NCBI RefSeq assembly: GCF_001194135.2
Contig: NC_068998.1
Location: 36,406,112 to 36,470,111, forward strand
Length of the DNA: 64,000 nt
Origin: Octopus bimaculoides
Taxonomy: Eukaryota
Direction: 5' to 3'
Below the pieces are notes generated by a model. The model did no database searches and was not told where the DNA came from. It was given only the letters and a program-made list of their open reading frames with translations. Shown here in pieces: positions 1-13,007 of the stretch. Position 1 is the stretch's first letter, and each line of letters begins with the position of its first letter. The position numbers and the translations under genes were made by a program.

Positions 1-185
1 CTTCTGCGCATGTCCACTCCACACATGCTCACACACACGTACATCGGCAAAAATTCGTCAATTTCTTGAAAATGGGGTCATAACCCCGAAATATTGAATA
101 TAAGGTAAGTCTACATTAATTCACATATTTGTTTTCTTGTGATTTACCTTGCATTTACTTCGCATTGTTTTAGCCTTACCTACGA

Positions 186-193
<8 letters not shown>

Positions 194-242
<49 letters not shown>

Positions 243-311
243 TTGTATATTTATTATTTATACATATGTGTGTGTGTGTGTGTATGTGTGTGTGTGTGTG
301 TGTATGTATGC
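194..311. repeat. Compound microsatellite (CT)n-(AT)n-(GT)n
   Basis: Directly visible dinucleotide runs. Confidence 0.95.
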
Positions 312-687
312 ATGACGGTTAAGACATTGTTGCAACTGTAATTATTCTGAAAAATTAATCTTCGCTAATTTGAAAGAGACGGCAATCATTACGGCAATCC
401 GGACGCCATTGTTGTGTGGTAGACTTTCTTAAATCAATGAACATGTCGGCGCAGATAAATTACTTCCATTCCCTTCTTGTTAATTACACTCCACTCTATC
501 TTATCGCTCTGTACGAATACCCACACTCATACACTCTCCCACTCACACTCATACACACACTCACGCACCGTTTCGCAGGTACACAAATACAGATATAAGT
601 GAAATAGCTGGGGTTTTCATTATTTAAAAACAGCGAGGAAATAAGTAAGGTAGAGTAAAAATTTATTTTATAAGTAATCTCACGTCT

Positions 688-760
688 GGCTGCATGGTTA
701 GAAGTTTGCTTCCAAAGCTCATGGTTTCGGGTTCGATCTCGCTGTCTGACATCTTGAGCT
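688..760 (+). mobile_element. Decayed 5' tRNA-like head of SINE family B
   Basis: ggctgcatggttagaagtttgcttcc...catggtttcgggttcgatc resembles the heads at 24638 and 35928. Confidence 0.5.
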
Positions 761-761
761 T

Positions 762-797
<36 letters not shown>

Positions 798-1344
798 CAG
801 CCTCGAAGCCGTCTTCCGGGCGGCATTGAAGCTAGCTCCTGCGGAGTGCGCCTTTGCGGCTTTCGGGATCCATGTTCCTTTATTTATTTTTTTTCATTTT
901 ATTCTCACTGTAGTAATTAATTCACTTCATATTTTTAGACTTGAACCTCCGTTCGTACTAAGCAAGTGAAATGTATAACCGTCATGCCTATCATCATTTT
1001 TCCATTACTTCGCCATTTCCCACCAAAATATTAAAATGAGATTGAGATAAAATGAATAGGATCCATTTCCTCTCAATCTCATTGTATCTTTTATGGCAAA
1101 TCTTCAGGAGGATATTGTAACCGGAAAAGGAAAATTAGTTTTCCACCTAGACATAAGTTTTATAAACTACAAAATATAAATATTCACACTAGCACACTTG
1201 AAACGTGCCTGTTACAAATCTTTATCTCGATTTGAATGTACGTGATGGTATTTAGAATGCCCAAACTTAACTCTGCAAATGTGCTAAACACTGATGCTGA
1301 TCATAGTTTAATCAATAAGCGTAGGAGTGAGGTAAATGCATTAG

Positions 1345-1660
1345 AAATAGGGGCTCAGTGGGGCCTCATTTAAGCGGCCCTTAAGAAATTGAATCTCCTT
1401 ACGATACTCCCTGAGAGTTCATGTTATGAAATTCATTGTCATTGCTCCGATTTGGTCACCAATACCATTTATTTAGTTTAAAATGCAGTAAAAATAAGGG
1501 GGTGGGTTAGTGGGGCCACAATTAAGGCCTTTGGATATTTCTCGGGATTGGGGGAGTTGCTGGTTTGAGTTTCGTTGTCCTTGTACCAACGGCCTAGGAG
1601 GAGTTAAAGAACATAAAAACGTAACGGACAGAGAAACATCACTCAAATTTATTTAAAGAT
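1345..1660 (+). mobile_element. Possible non-autonomous Helitron/Helentron-like (Lep1/DINE-1 style) element
   Basis: 3' end ggcctaggaggagtt...gtaacggacagagaaacatcactcaaatttatttaaagat followed by (AT)n resembles recalled Lep1/DINE-type 3' ends; 5' end undefined. Confidence 0.3.
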
Positions 1661-1744
1661 ATATATATGTGTGTGTGTATGTGCGTGTGTGTGTGTGTGT
1701 GTGTGTGTCTGCACGCGTGTGTATGTGTGCGTGTGTGTGCGTGT

Positions 1745-1990
1745 GTGTTACCACCTACCAATGCTTGACAACAATAGGGAGGTCAGTGGGACCTCACTTA
1801 GGAGGCCCTTTTTTGTTGATAGATTGTCTACTTAGCAGTTCAGCATAAAGACCGCGACAAAATAAGTACCAGACTGTAAAATGAAACACTAAGTACTGGT
1901 GTCGATTCGTTTGACTAGAATCCTTCAAGCAGTGCCCTAGCATGGCCGCAGCCCAATGACTGAAGCAAGTAAAAAATAAAATATAAATGA
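1745..1990 (+). mobile_element. SINE family B, 3' arm
   Basis: gcttgacaac...aataagtacc...ggtgtcgattcgtttgact...cagtgccctagcatggccgcagcccaatgactgaagcaagtaaaa; matches 24900-25077 and 32590-32800. Confidence 0.75.
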
Positions 1991-2164
1991 TAAATATCGA
2001 GCATGGTTATCAAATGTCACGAATCGTTGCTGTAACGCTTAGGAATCGCTGCATAGACAGATGCAAATTATTAGTAATAGGTGGCGGCGCACTAATCCAA
2101 AAGCTGGGTAGATTGACACATAACTCACCGGATTATAGATGAAATGAATATGTACCACGGAGTG

Positions 2165-2366
2165 AGGCAGCAAACCAGCAGAATCATTACCGCGCAGGGA
2201 AAGTGTCTAGAAACATTACGTTCTTAAGTTCAAATTCCGTCGAGGTCGACTTTGCTCTTCATCCTTTTGGGGTCGATAAAATAAGTACCAGTTGGATACT
2301 GGGGTCGTTGTAATCGACTTATCCCCTACCCCGAAATTGCTGGTCTTGCGCCAAAATTTGAAACCT
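2165..2366 (+). mobile_element. SINE family A (A1 tail), decayed
   Basis: Core agttcaaattccgtcgaggtcgactttgc..tcatccttttggggtcgataaaataagtaccag; tail gaaattgctggtcttgcgccaaaatttgaaacc. Confidence 0.8.
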
Positions 2367-3084
2367 ATATATATCAAGATGGCGGGAGGGAAGAAAAATC
2401 TGAATATCGATTCAGATTTAGATCAATAACTGCATGAGTAAATGTCAAAGTGTACGTCAAGAATATCTAATGTAGGTGTGGTGTATGCATTATCTGGAAA
2501 GTTCGAAACAGATAGGAAAACTGAAGCCTCTAAAATTCGAAATATTACACAAGGCAGCTTTTATTAGTAGCAGACACAATAATGATTTCAAATTTTCCTA
2601 TAAGGCCAACAATTTTAACGGAAAATCCCAGACAATTACACCGATCCCAGTGCTCAGCTGGGGCTTGTTATCGAACCCAAAAGAATGAAAAGCAAAGCTT
2701 TTTATCGGAAATGGGACTCAGAACGTATATACCCGGGAAAATACTGTTAAGTATTTTGTCCGGCACGCTAATTATTCTGCCAGTTATCCGTTTTAGTATT
2801 GGAGAAAATAATGTAATAAAAAAATATATATGATGTGCTACAGAGTTAATTTTGATTGGAATTCTATCGATATCATTGAAAATTTGTGTTTACGATATTA
2901 TGATGCAGAAAGGAGTTATGCGCATCAAAGAAAACCGGAAATTTTACAAAGAATTTTCTTAAAGATATAAAAGGTTGGATAAACTACAAGCTTTTGAGAA
3001 ACTAATCATATTAAATGTGAAATACAAATGTTCTTGTTTAGCAAAGAACATAACCAATCACAACGTAATACAATGACCTGAAAA

Positions 3085-3271
3085 TAACGGTTTTAAATTT
3101 AGGCAGTGTTAGAAATTGTTACATCGACTCCAGCACATGTTTTATATCGATTCTGGAAGGATGAAGTCAAGGTTGAACTCTGAGAATTTGAACTAACAAA
3201 GTAAAAATCAGGAACAAATGCCGTTAAGAAGTTTGTCCGACACGCTAACGATTCTGCTCGTTCACCGCCTA
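3085..3271 (-). mobile_element. SINE family A, old copy (first of a three-copy stack)
   Basis: Reverse complement of head aggcggtgaacgagcagaatcgttagc plus decayed core. Confidence 0.65.
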
Positions 3272-3288
3272 AGTAGCGGACAAAATAA

Positions 3289-3485
3289 TGCTTTTTTTGA
3301 TATAGTCGAAAGGCCTGAAATTTTGTGCGAGGGGTATTGTCGATTGCATCGACCCCAGTCGGAACTTATTTTATCGACAGTGAAAAAGACGGACGGTAAA
3401 GTGGTCCTCGGTGGAACTAGGACTCAGAACGCAAAGAGCCGGAAGAAATGCCATTAAGAATTTTTGTCCGACGTGCTAACGATTC
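3289..3485 (-). mobile_element. SINE family A (A1 tail), middle copy of stack
   Basis: RC core and aggcctgaaatttt tail; agtagcggacaaaataa occurs at 3272-3288 and 3693-3709. Confidence 0.7.
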
Positions 3486-3486
3486 T

Positions 3487-3692
3487 TATTTCTTTATTAC
3501 CCACAAGGGGCTAAACATAGAGGGAACAAACAAGGACAGACAAAGGGATTAAGTCGATTACATCGACCCCAGTGCGTAATTGGTACTTAATTTATCGACT
3601 TCGGCAAAATTTGAACTCAGAACGTAACGACAGACGAAATACCGCTAAGCATTTCGTCCGGCGTGCTAATGATTCTGCCAGCTCACCGTCTT
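3487..3692 (-). mobile_element. SINE family A (A2 tail), younger copy of stack
   Basis: Close to the RC of 8771-9003, with a short internal deletion. Confidence 0.9.
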
Positions 3693-4524
3693 AGTAGCGG
3701 ACAAAATAAAACCAACACATTCTACTAAAAATGACATTTCCTACATCAAAGAAACTGCCTCTCTCAAAACGACGGGCTAAGATGTGGCCACACATGAAAC
3801 CGACTTGCATACAAGAACTAAATGCTCCGCATGCAAAAATCATGACAGTATCCCCCAACCAGCTCTTGGCATCGTGGAGCCACTGACTGGCCCCTCACCC
3901 GATGACGCTCCGGATGCCGTAACTCAATGTAATCGAATCAAAAGACCTAAGATTCAAATGTTGTTGGGTGTCACATGATCACACGCTTCTCCCAGGCCTT
4001 GCCGAATATGACTCACTCCTCCATCACTTCAGGTGTACTAAATGCACCAACTTGAGCTGTACAGTACTGATCCCCATTGATCCCACAGAGTTTTTGTTGG
4101 CGTTGTCTCGTACATAGTGGACCACTCTGCAATCCCCGAGGACACTTGACCAAGGAGAATTTTCTTTTCTCTTTGTCACGAATGAAATATCTCTATCAGA
4201 AGCCTCTGGCACTTTCACGAAACTGAGCGCGAAGGATCGGTGGCGTTCATGAAGCTGGGATGCCGAGTAACTTTACATTTGGTTGTCCATTTATTGCTCA
4301 CTATTGTGTTCACAAATATCCACCACATCATGTATATACATATACATACATCATACATACATACGCCATTCAGTTGAAACTAACACTTCTCATATTATGT
4401 GTGCTTCATTTCATGAAAATCCAAGTGCAACAATGATCATATGCTGTTGTTCCATAAATATAACAAAGGAATACGGGTTTCTATTTTCTCACAACTTCAC
4501 CATTGTTACTTAAGCAGTTCTCAA

Positions 4525-5000
4525 ACAGCATGAAAATTATTGGCGGTGATACGAATGCGAAAATTGAGCTAAAAGATGCAAATCTTACATCAATTTACCA
4601 ATCAAAATTGCGAATATGTCCATGACTTTCAAAAGGAATGTAATTAATTTGAATTAACAATGCACAAAGAGAAAAGATTAGCTGTAGATGCTCTCATCCT
4701 CATCTAATACTATGGCACAACTGGATCCCAATCTAGTCAACTAAAAATGGGAAAATAGTGTTATGAATGCAAAGCTTCAACTACCTATTTTACTGTCAAT
4801 TCTCACAATCGAATTGTGATGGGAAAATTTAGGCTGCAATAGAGAGTAAATAAGAACTTAAGTAAAAATTGAATATGTTATGACTGGAAGAAGCTGCGAG
4901 AAATTCATAAGCAGCTGATGTCGAAAATCGATTCGAAGTATTACAGCTTTTAGTTGATGTCAAAATTACGAATTCCATTAACAATAACATCATAAATTCT
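4525..5000 (+). pseudogene. RTE-clade LINE, decayed APE endonuclease and linker
   Basis: Frameshifted translation KIIGGDTNAKI...AQLDPNLVN*KWENSVMN...VNSHNRIVMGKFRL...ENRFEVLQ matches APE motifs GD.NAK, QLD.IL, SDH. Confidence 0.75.
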
Positions 5001-5636
5001 AATGAAAATGCAGCAGAAGCAAATATTCCAAGCGTAGAAAAAAATAGTATGTCATGGGAATGTAAAATGATAAATTATGAAGAGAGAAGAACAGGTAGAA
5101 GTGCATAGTGCTACATCTAAAATAACTCAAAAGAGCTATGGAATGAACAGGGCCATCACTAAGCCCCTGCGGTAGCAGGGAGCCTCCGCGGTTCAGAGGC
5201 TCCATGTTAAGATCAAAATACATAGATGAGCTATCTATTTACTTTGGTTAAGATGTTAACTAAAAATTTCAAGCCAGAGGAGTAAAAAAATGCGTGAGTG
5301 TACTGTAAATAAATTTCAAAGAAACGAGAAAAGTAAATGAAAAATGCTTGTAAACGAATTCCTTAGGGAGATAAAAGGAAAACGAAAGAAATCGAAAACA
5401 ATGAAAATAAGAACAACTTCAACACAAAAGACAAGAAAACGAAGCAATGGTGATGAAAGGTGGGGGTTGTATACTTATACATACATACAGACATACACAC
5501 ACAGGCATACGTACACACATTTATACATACTTATAGATATATACGACTGGCTTTTATCTGTTTCGTTTACCAAGTTCATTCGCAAGGCTTTAGTCAGCTC
5601 AGAGAGAGAAAGTGAGAAAGAGAGAGAGAGAGAGAG

Positions 5637-5682
<46 letters not shown>

Positions 5683-6719
5683 NNNNNNNNNNNNNNNNNN
5701 NNNNNNNNNNNNNNNNNNNNNNNNNNNNNNNNNNNNNNNNNNNNNNNNNNNNNNNNNNNNNNNNNNNNNNNNNNNNNNNNNNNNNNNNNNNNNNNNNNNN
5801 NNNNNNNNNNNNNNNNNNNNNNNNNNNNNNNNNNNNNNNNNNNNNNNNNNNNNNNNNNNNNNNNNNNNNNNNNNNNNNNNNTATATATATATATATATAT
5901 GGCGTTGTTATTTGATGTTGAAAAGCTGGTCACTTTGTACACAGAATAGTGGCCTTTGACCACCTAAGGCAATAAAAACTGGAGACAAAATTCTTTCTGT
6001 ACCAAAAACAATGCGAACACGCGCACACACACAGACACGCACAGAAGTTTGTGTGTGTGTATGTATGTGTCTATCTATGTACATATATAGGGATACAGAT
6101 ATTGCGTTCTCACAGTCACCAAACCTCTCAGTTCTTCAGTTGTAACTAGTTTGTGATCGAGGCATTTCATTTCGCAAGGTACTATTTTTCCTTAAATTTG
6201 TGATTTCAGAGAACGGTAAGAAATTCTTCATATTTTGCATCTTTGGCATTTTGACTTTACAGTTTGAATTGTAGTATTGTCTCTCCAGTCGTAAATATTG
6301 CAACAGCTAACAGTGAGATATAGAATTTAAAAAAGTCATTTCCGACTGTAATCAAGTATTTGAGAACATTCACGTCTATCTTTCAAAAATATATAATTTG
6401 AAATAGTTTGCTTTTGTTTTGGACTGCAATTTTTTAGTATTTTAATATTCTTGAATAAACGTCTTTGCATACAAAAGCTGAGACAACTATACTTCACAGT
6501 TGCTATTTTGAAATGCTTGTCTTCTGATATTTGTGAGTTCATTGAATAAATATTTAACTCTATTAAATATTGACCTTCCTAAACATGAAATAATGCGATA
6601 ATTCCAGCGAAAATAAATTTAACTTGTTGTACTTTTAAAGATGTTCTTTAGGATAACGTGAAATATTGAACTTCAGATAGAATAAAGTAAAATGTAGCTA
6701 TGAATAAAAGGTGCGTAGA

Positions 6720-7750
6720 TTATGAATTTTGATTGAAGAGATGGAGCCTCGAAACAAAAAGTTGCCGGGGGCTTCTAAAATTACGAAAGAAATAAAGAAT
6801 TGTATCAATTTTTTTCAGATTCCAAGGCACCACACCTCAACACTATACTAATGGAAGTATGGAAAACAGGAGCACTCTTGAATCGGCTATTAAAATGTGT
6901 AATAGAACATTATAGCAAAACAATGCTATTATTTGGGTCAAAATGGTCCAGTACAAATCCCAAAGAGAGAAAATATTCGATAATCTAAACAAAACAGACA
7001 TTAATTTATCAGTTATTGCTGTTAAAATCCTAAACAAAATGTTGCTTGAAAATGCACCATTATTAACAATCGAACAAAATTGCTTTGCTTCAGAAGGATC
7101 AACATTATCGCATATTCTTGTAATACCAAGACTTAAGAGGGCGTTAAAGATAAGAACGTAAATGCTGTTATATCATTTATAGATCTTAGAGAGGCATTCG
7201 ACTTAACCCACCAAGCCAAATAGATATAGATTCTCTGAGAATATTGTATTCCAGGCAATATCGCAGCTGCAATCAACATCACATACAATAGTACAACCAT
7301 TCAGGTTTTATCACTTGATTGTGATACAGCTTTCTTTGAGAACATGACAGAAGTACTACAAGGTAACTCTCTAGCACTTATCCTATTTATTGTGGCTTCT
7401 TTGAAAAGCAGACGTCATTCTGGAACTGTTATTAATGACTCAGATGCAAAACCTATAACTCTCACTTCTAATATTATTAAGGAAGCTCACTTGCTACTTC
7501 AATGAGATGAGGAAGCAGGAAAGCACCTCGAATTACATTTCAATAACAAAAGGACAGAGTTTATGGTTCACAGTTAACCAACAAAACATGTGATGTCATC
7601 ATATGTAAAACCGAGATGTATAACTGACTTTAAAACCTTGGGTCATGGATAAAAAGCTTAAAGAGAGGAAGGAAGATGATAATTGAATTGATATGTTCAG
7701 CAATGAACAAGACGTCCGCAATATGGGTCTAAACTATTTAATGACTTCAA
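6720..7750 (+). pseudogene. RTE-clade LINE, decayed reverse transcriptase
   Basis: VKILNKMLLE...EQNCFASEGSTLSHIL...DCDTAFFENMTEVLQGNSLALILFIVA...DFKTLGHG match RT motifs (QNGFR.GRST, GVLQGD.LAP.LF, FKYLGS). Confidence 0.85.
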
Positions 7751-8770
7751 AATACAGTTTTTAGAGTTACTGTATAAAGCATATTGTTACATGAATCTGA
7801 ATGGGGGACACTTACGGAAGTAAGTGTATGTGTGTATGCGTACATCTATCGATCCATCCATCCATTACTTTTGGAAGCAGAAAGTTTTTTTTTTCTGTTG
7901 TATATGTATAGTTATTCTTTTTATGTTGTATTTGTATTATTATCATATTATTCTTTTTTGTTATATACGTACAATTGTTAAATCATCTTAGCTTGTCTCG
8001 TTTGTTTTTGTTCTTGTATACATTCGTTAGCTATCTCCAGAAGTTTCCTGTTCTGGTGCTGCCAAGACGGAGAGGTATCAATATTAAAAGCGTAAAACTA
8101 CTAGACTGACTTGGACATTGACTGGTGAGGAATCAGCTGCGAATTTTCCGTGTATTATGATTTTGCCTAATTTCCCGTTTGCTGTTTTCGCCAAATTTTC
8201 ACTTTGTTGTGTTCTTTCTATTCAACCCTTGAAATACATACATACATACATACATACATACATGCATACATACATACATACATACATACATACATACATA
8301 CTTATAAATATACGTACATACATACGTGAACTGCATCCAGTTGTGGGGTTCTGGTTCGAGAGTGCCAGGCTTTTGAGAAGTCACACTTGTTAGGATCCTA
8401 GCTATCAGTTAACTAGCAAGTGAACTACCAGGAGTGAAGAACCCTTAGTTCTCGTTAGAATTTCCACATAGGGGAAGGTAAATACGTATAAAAAATATCT
8501 GAAGTATTGTTGATTTGTGGTCGTTTCAACCGTTGGTATACCACTGGTTTTGTAGCTGATTGTGCAGAAAAATGTTGGCTCAGTACTGTCCAACACTTTA
8601 TCCGCTCAAAACAAATTCACACACAAGGGGAACTCTTAGACTTTCAGCACGTTTGCACAAACTTACTGAGTTTAGAAAGTGGTCTTACTCAGCCATGAAT
8701 TGACTTCCACCGCACACACACACACACACACACACATACACCCCCACACACACATGAACACACACACACT

Positions 8771-9003
8771 GGCGGCGAGCTGGCAGAACCGTTAGCACAC
8801 CGGACGAAATGCTTAGCGGTATTTTGTCTGCCCGCTACGTTCTGAGTTCAAATTCCGCCGAGGTCGACTTTGCCTTTCATCCTTTCGGGGTCGATTAAAT
8901 AAGTACCAGTTACGCACTGGGGTCGATATAATCGATTTAATCCGTTTGTCTGTCCTTGTTTGTTCCCTCTGTGTGTAGCCCCTTGTGGGTAGTAAAGAAA
9001 TAA
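8771..9003 (+). mobile_element. SINE family A, full-length young copy (A2 tail) inside (CA)n
   Basis: tRNA-like head ggcggcgagctggcagaaccgttagc, B-box-like gagttcaaattcc, central tttcatcctttcggggtcgattaaataagtaccag (Meta/MESC-like from memory), tail ccccttgtgggtagtaaagaaataa. Confidence 0.92.
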
Positions 9004-10167
9004 CACACGCACACATATAAGACAGAGAGAAAGGGTACAAAAAGAGAGAGGGGGAAAGAGAGAGAATTACCTTATGTATAACTAGGATGAGGTTAATCTT
9101 GAGAAGAAAATATAAAGTGAAATAATCATTGTGGTATATGTACAAACCAAAAATTGATAAATGAGATGAAACATTAAGGAATCTTACACTATGGAAAATA
9201 ACGTTTATACATTATATGTAGCCGGAAATTTGTACTGTCAAAATCTGTTAGACTTGACGAAATTAATATTTCTGTAGGGGAAATTTTTTAGTTTGAACTG
9301 TCAATTATATTTGATAAAAAGGTTAAAATATTCAACCATGGCGTCTTGATTTGAATATAAATATGGTTTTTCTAAAAATTAAAACGTCTTACAAAAATAT
9401 CTACTACGATTTTCTGTAAGAATACTCTGAAATAGTTATTATAAAATCGTATAAAATATTCTCACCTAAGTTTAGAAGAGAATGCACAATGTTTTTGGCT
9501 TAAACTCGTAAGTTTAGCTACAGGTATATTTAAGAGTTTTGTAGGCGTTGTAGGTCTCAAAATCTAACCAGCATGATCACATCTATAACTATTTAGATGT
9601 GTAAAAAATACGAATGATACTAGTTGTATATAAGAAAGAAATAAGAATATAATGGACAAAAACATATTGCATTAAAATAAAAACAGCAGCAGTATTAAAT
9701 TACACATGTTGTGATATAAGTATAGTGATCCAACACCGTAATACCGGCGTGGGATAAAGATTTGGGTTTGAGGAAAAGTTCTGTAAGATAATAGAGACGT
9801 TGAATACGAAAAAGAACACAATTATTTTTGGGTGTAAAATATAAAGAAAATACAAATGGGTACATATAATGTTGTGGTAGATACACGATAGAATTACCAA
9901 GAAACTACAATCTCATACAAACCAGATGTAATATCTTTAAAAATGATATGCAGTACAAAAAAGATGAGACAATATAAATGCAAAAAAGATAAAATACAAA
10001 ATCAGGGAACGAATAAATAAATATAGATAAATGATTATATATAGAATATCTTTATTATAAAAAACAACTATGTAAATTTACATAAGAATACTTACCCAAG
10101 TATCTATATTATATAATACTCAAACACATATATTACTATACAGGTGAGTAAATACATGCATGCCCAT

Positions 10168-10219
<52 letters not shown>

Positions 10220-10256
10220 ATGTATATATATGTATATATATACATATATATGTGTA

Positions 10257-10293
<37 letters not shown>

Positions 10294-10879
10294 TATAATT
10301 TATATATATTATGTACATGGATATATATTATATAACTATGTATATGTATCTCTCTCTCCACACACACCACATATATACAGATAGATAGATACACACATAT
10401 TTCTATATGTATGTATATAGACATCTACATACATACACACGCGCAATGACGCACATACATACATGGACATACACACTACACCTACAACGATATATGGACA
10501 AACACACACAAGCATTTGCACGGAAATAACTGAAGACAAAAATATATGAATTAATATAGATAAATGTGTATTAATTTAAGAATAAAAATAAACCACTGAT
10601 GCAAATAGAAGCTTAAAAATTGCTAAAGGATACACAAAAATAATAACTAGATTAAATGAACACAAAATGACATAATAAAATCAAAACCTCAAGTAAAGTA
10701 TAAAAATTTCTAATTTATATACGAAACAAAAAGAACTGCAATAATAATAATAATAATAATGGAACTAAAACGCAGGGTGTATCTATACTATAAAAGGCAA
10801 TAATTATATAAAAATGAATCAAGTAGGGGTAAAATAATTGAGATTTAATAGATACAGAAGTAAAAAGTAGATATATTAA

Positions 10880-12230
10880 TCTAGGGGGAATAATTCTAAA
10901 TTTAAGAAATCATATTGTAGTTAAGTAATGAGTAATGTGTAAAGTTGTTATAAGTAGTTATGGGTATTCTTCTTCTGCTTATTAAGTCTATATTAGGGAT
11001 GTTCGCATAATCAGTATACTCACGTCTAGTTAATGCTCTATTGTAATATTCATTATATGATAGGTAGATAGCCTCGAATAAATGTTTCTAACTATATAAT
11101 TTTCTTTCTATTATAAGCACAAAGCTTGAAAATTGGGGTGAGGGAGCTAGTAGATTATACTGATCTCAGTACTCATGTGGTGCTTGTTTTATAGACCTCA
11201 TAAGGATGAAATGTATAGTAGACCTCGGTAGAATTTGAACTCAGAACTAAAAGCCATATGAAGTATTTTATCTGGCATGTTAATGATTTCATCCGGCATG
11301 CTAATAGCTTTAGAATAGTTACTAGACTTAACGACATAGCATTTCATCAAGATCTTTGTATATTCCACATACTGATGTCATGGGAGCTAACTCTTTGTGT
11401 CAGTATCGATAATTATAAATAAATAAATAAATAAATGAATAAATAAATGAAGCTACGTATTTCCTTTTTGAATCTATATGTGCTGCGTGACTTCGTGATA
11501 ACAAACTCTGTACAATTTACCGGAAGCAGGGAGGATGTTTAGAAGTATAGTATTTTAAATATGAAATCCAGCAATGTTACAAACTTCAGCAGAAGCTTTT
11601 GCTCCCATGCTCACATCGAAGGGCCCTGAATTTTACTTTTTGAAACATATGGAATTACCATAGAAAGTACATGGTTTTTCTTTCGTATAATATATCAATG
11701 TCACTATTTTCGATTGAAGTAATGTTCATTGTAAAGTTGAGGAAAGAACTGCTCTGAGAATCAGCTTCATTATCGTACAATAGCATTTCTTAGTATCAAA
11801 CTGCAAACAAGTGGAAACCATTTTCATCTTGGAAACAATTGAATCATTGGATATCAGAACTAGTTTTACTTCAAAGAGTTAACAGTTATTGGTGCTTAAT
11901 TTTAGGAGTAATTGAATGTAATATATCTTTGCTAATTATGTCTTTTCGTATATTTTCCTAACGTCATCAGGCCTATACTAGGTATCTACATAGATTTACA
12001 CATTTACACATCTACACATGACATTATAGATCAATTGGTAACTCTATATTTAGATTCTCTACATTTTTTTTCTTCCCGGATGTCAGATATTGATTTCAGC
12101 CACCTCTTGGCTATTTCTATTTTACTATTTTTGTCTTTAGTGGAATACTCTACACCGCTTCTTACTCATAATTCACTTCTCATATTGTTCCACATCTATT
12201 TATAAGGCGAACTTTAGTATTTTCTTTCTA
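10880..12230 (-). pseudogene. Penelope-like element, decayed RT, interrupted by a SINE
   Basis: Minus-strand remnants QFDTKKCYCTI, FDVSMGAKASAEVCNIAG, GKLYR, IIIDTDTKS, YYNRALTRREY match PLE RT motifs FD...YPSI, FDVTMGS.DGAE.CELVG, GLYRDD, YYN.AL...GY in the right order. Confidence 0.7.
11101..11290 (-). mobile_element. SINE family A, old copy inside the PLE
   Basis: gacctcggtagaatttgaactcagaac and tail ttctattataagcacaaagcttgaaaatt. Confidence 0.65.
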
Positions 12231-13007
12231 TTANNNNNNNNNNNNNNNNNNNNNNNNNNNNNNNNNNNNNNNNNNNNNNNNNNNNNNNNNNNNNNNNNNN
12301 NNNNNNNNNNNNNNNNNNNNNNNNNNNNNNNNNNNNNNNNNNNNNNNNNNNNNNNNNNNNNNNNNNNNNNNNTATATACGAGATAAATTCTTGATTTATT
12401 ATTTTATTGAAACTATCTTCACTTCTTGATAGTGTGGATTATTGGCAATTAGGACCGACTCCAAATGAGAAGGGGAAATAATCTCAAGAATCAAGAATTT
12501 TCCAATGCTAAAATGGCATTAACGAAAAAAATACAATTTGATTGTATGAATGGAAGAGGACAGCTGTTATGCGTATTTCTGCCTCAACAGCCGTCATCAA
12601 CACAACTATTCGTCTACCTTATCTTCAGCAAAAAAAGAAACATATACATATGTCTTTAGCTGATTCTGAGTCAGAAGAAGAAACAGAGCTTCTTTGGTTC
12701 TCTTCAATGCTCCTGAGACGAGTATGCGGTAGGAGTTGTGTGAATTCAAACGGGTGATTCGGCGCCCAAATGCTTAAGACAGAGAATAGTCTTCTAATGT
12801 CACCTCAGAGCCAGGTATGTGGTGATATTTAACTGAATGGTACGTTTCGTCAACTACCGGGAACTGTCTGCTTCGGCAGCCTTGAACACTATTTCTGTCC
12901 ACTAAACATCATTCACAAGGCTTCAGTCAAATCGAAATTGTTGTAGAAGAAATCTGTCCAAGGTACGGACTGAATGCAATGCCGAGAGCAGATAAAATAA
13001 TAATAAA

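Noticed and set aside
96-110. Splice donor aag|gtaagt near the window start
   Set aside because: No supportable upstream exon, and the surrounding sequence may be repeat-derived.
2397-2418. 9-bp perfect hairpin aatctgaat-atcg-attcagatt
   Set aside because: Isolated AT-rich stem expected by chance in 64 kb.
3780-4280. Higher-GC segment with short ORFs
   Set aside because: Stops in all frames; only a faint resemblance to a LINE RT motif, not enough to call.
11940-11975. Hammerhead-like ctgatgacgt...acgaaa on the minus strand
   Set aside because: No stem I partner; it lies in register within decayed PLE RT coding sequence (LGKYTKR).
12420-12820. Possible exon ending cag|gtatgt
   Set aside because: All frames from the plausible acceptor are interrupted; no recognisable protein.
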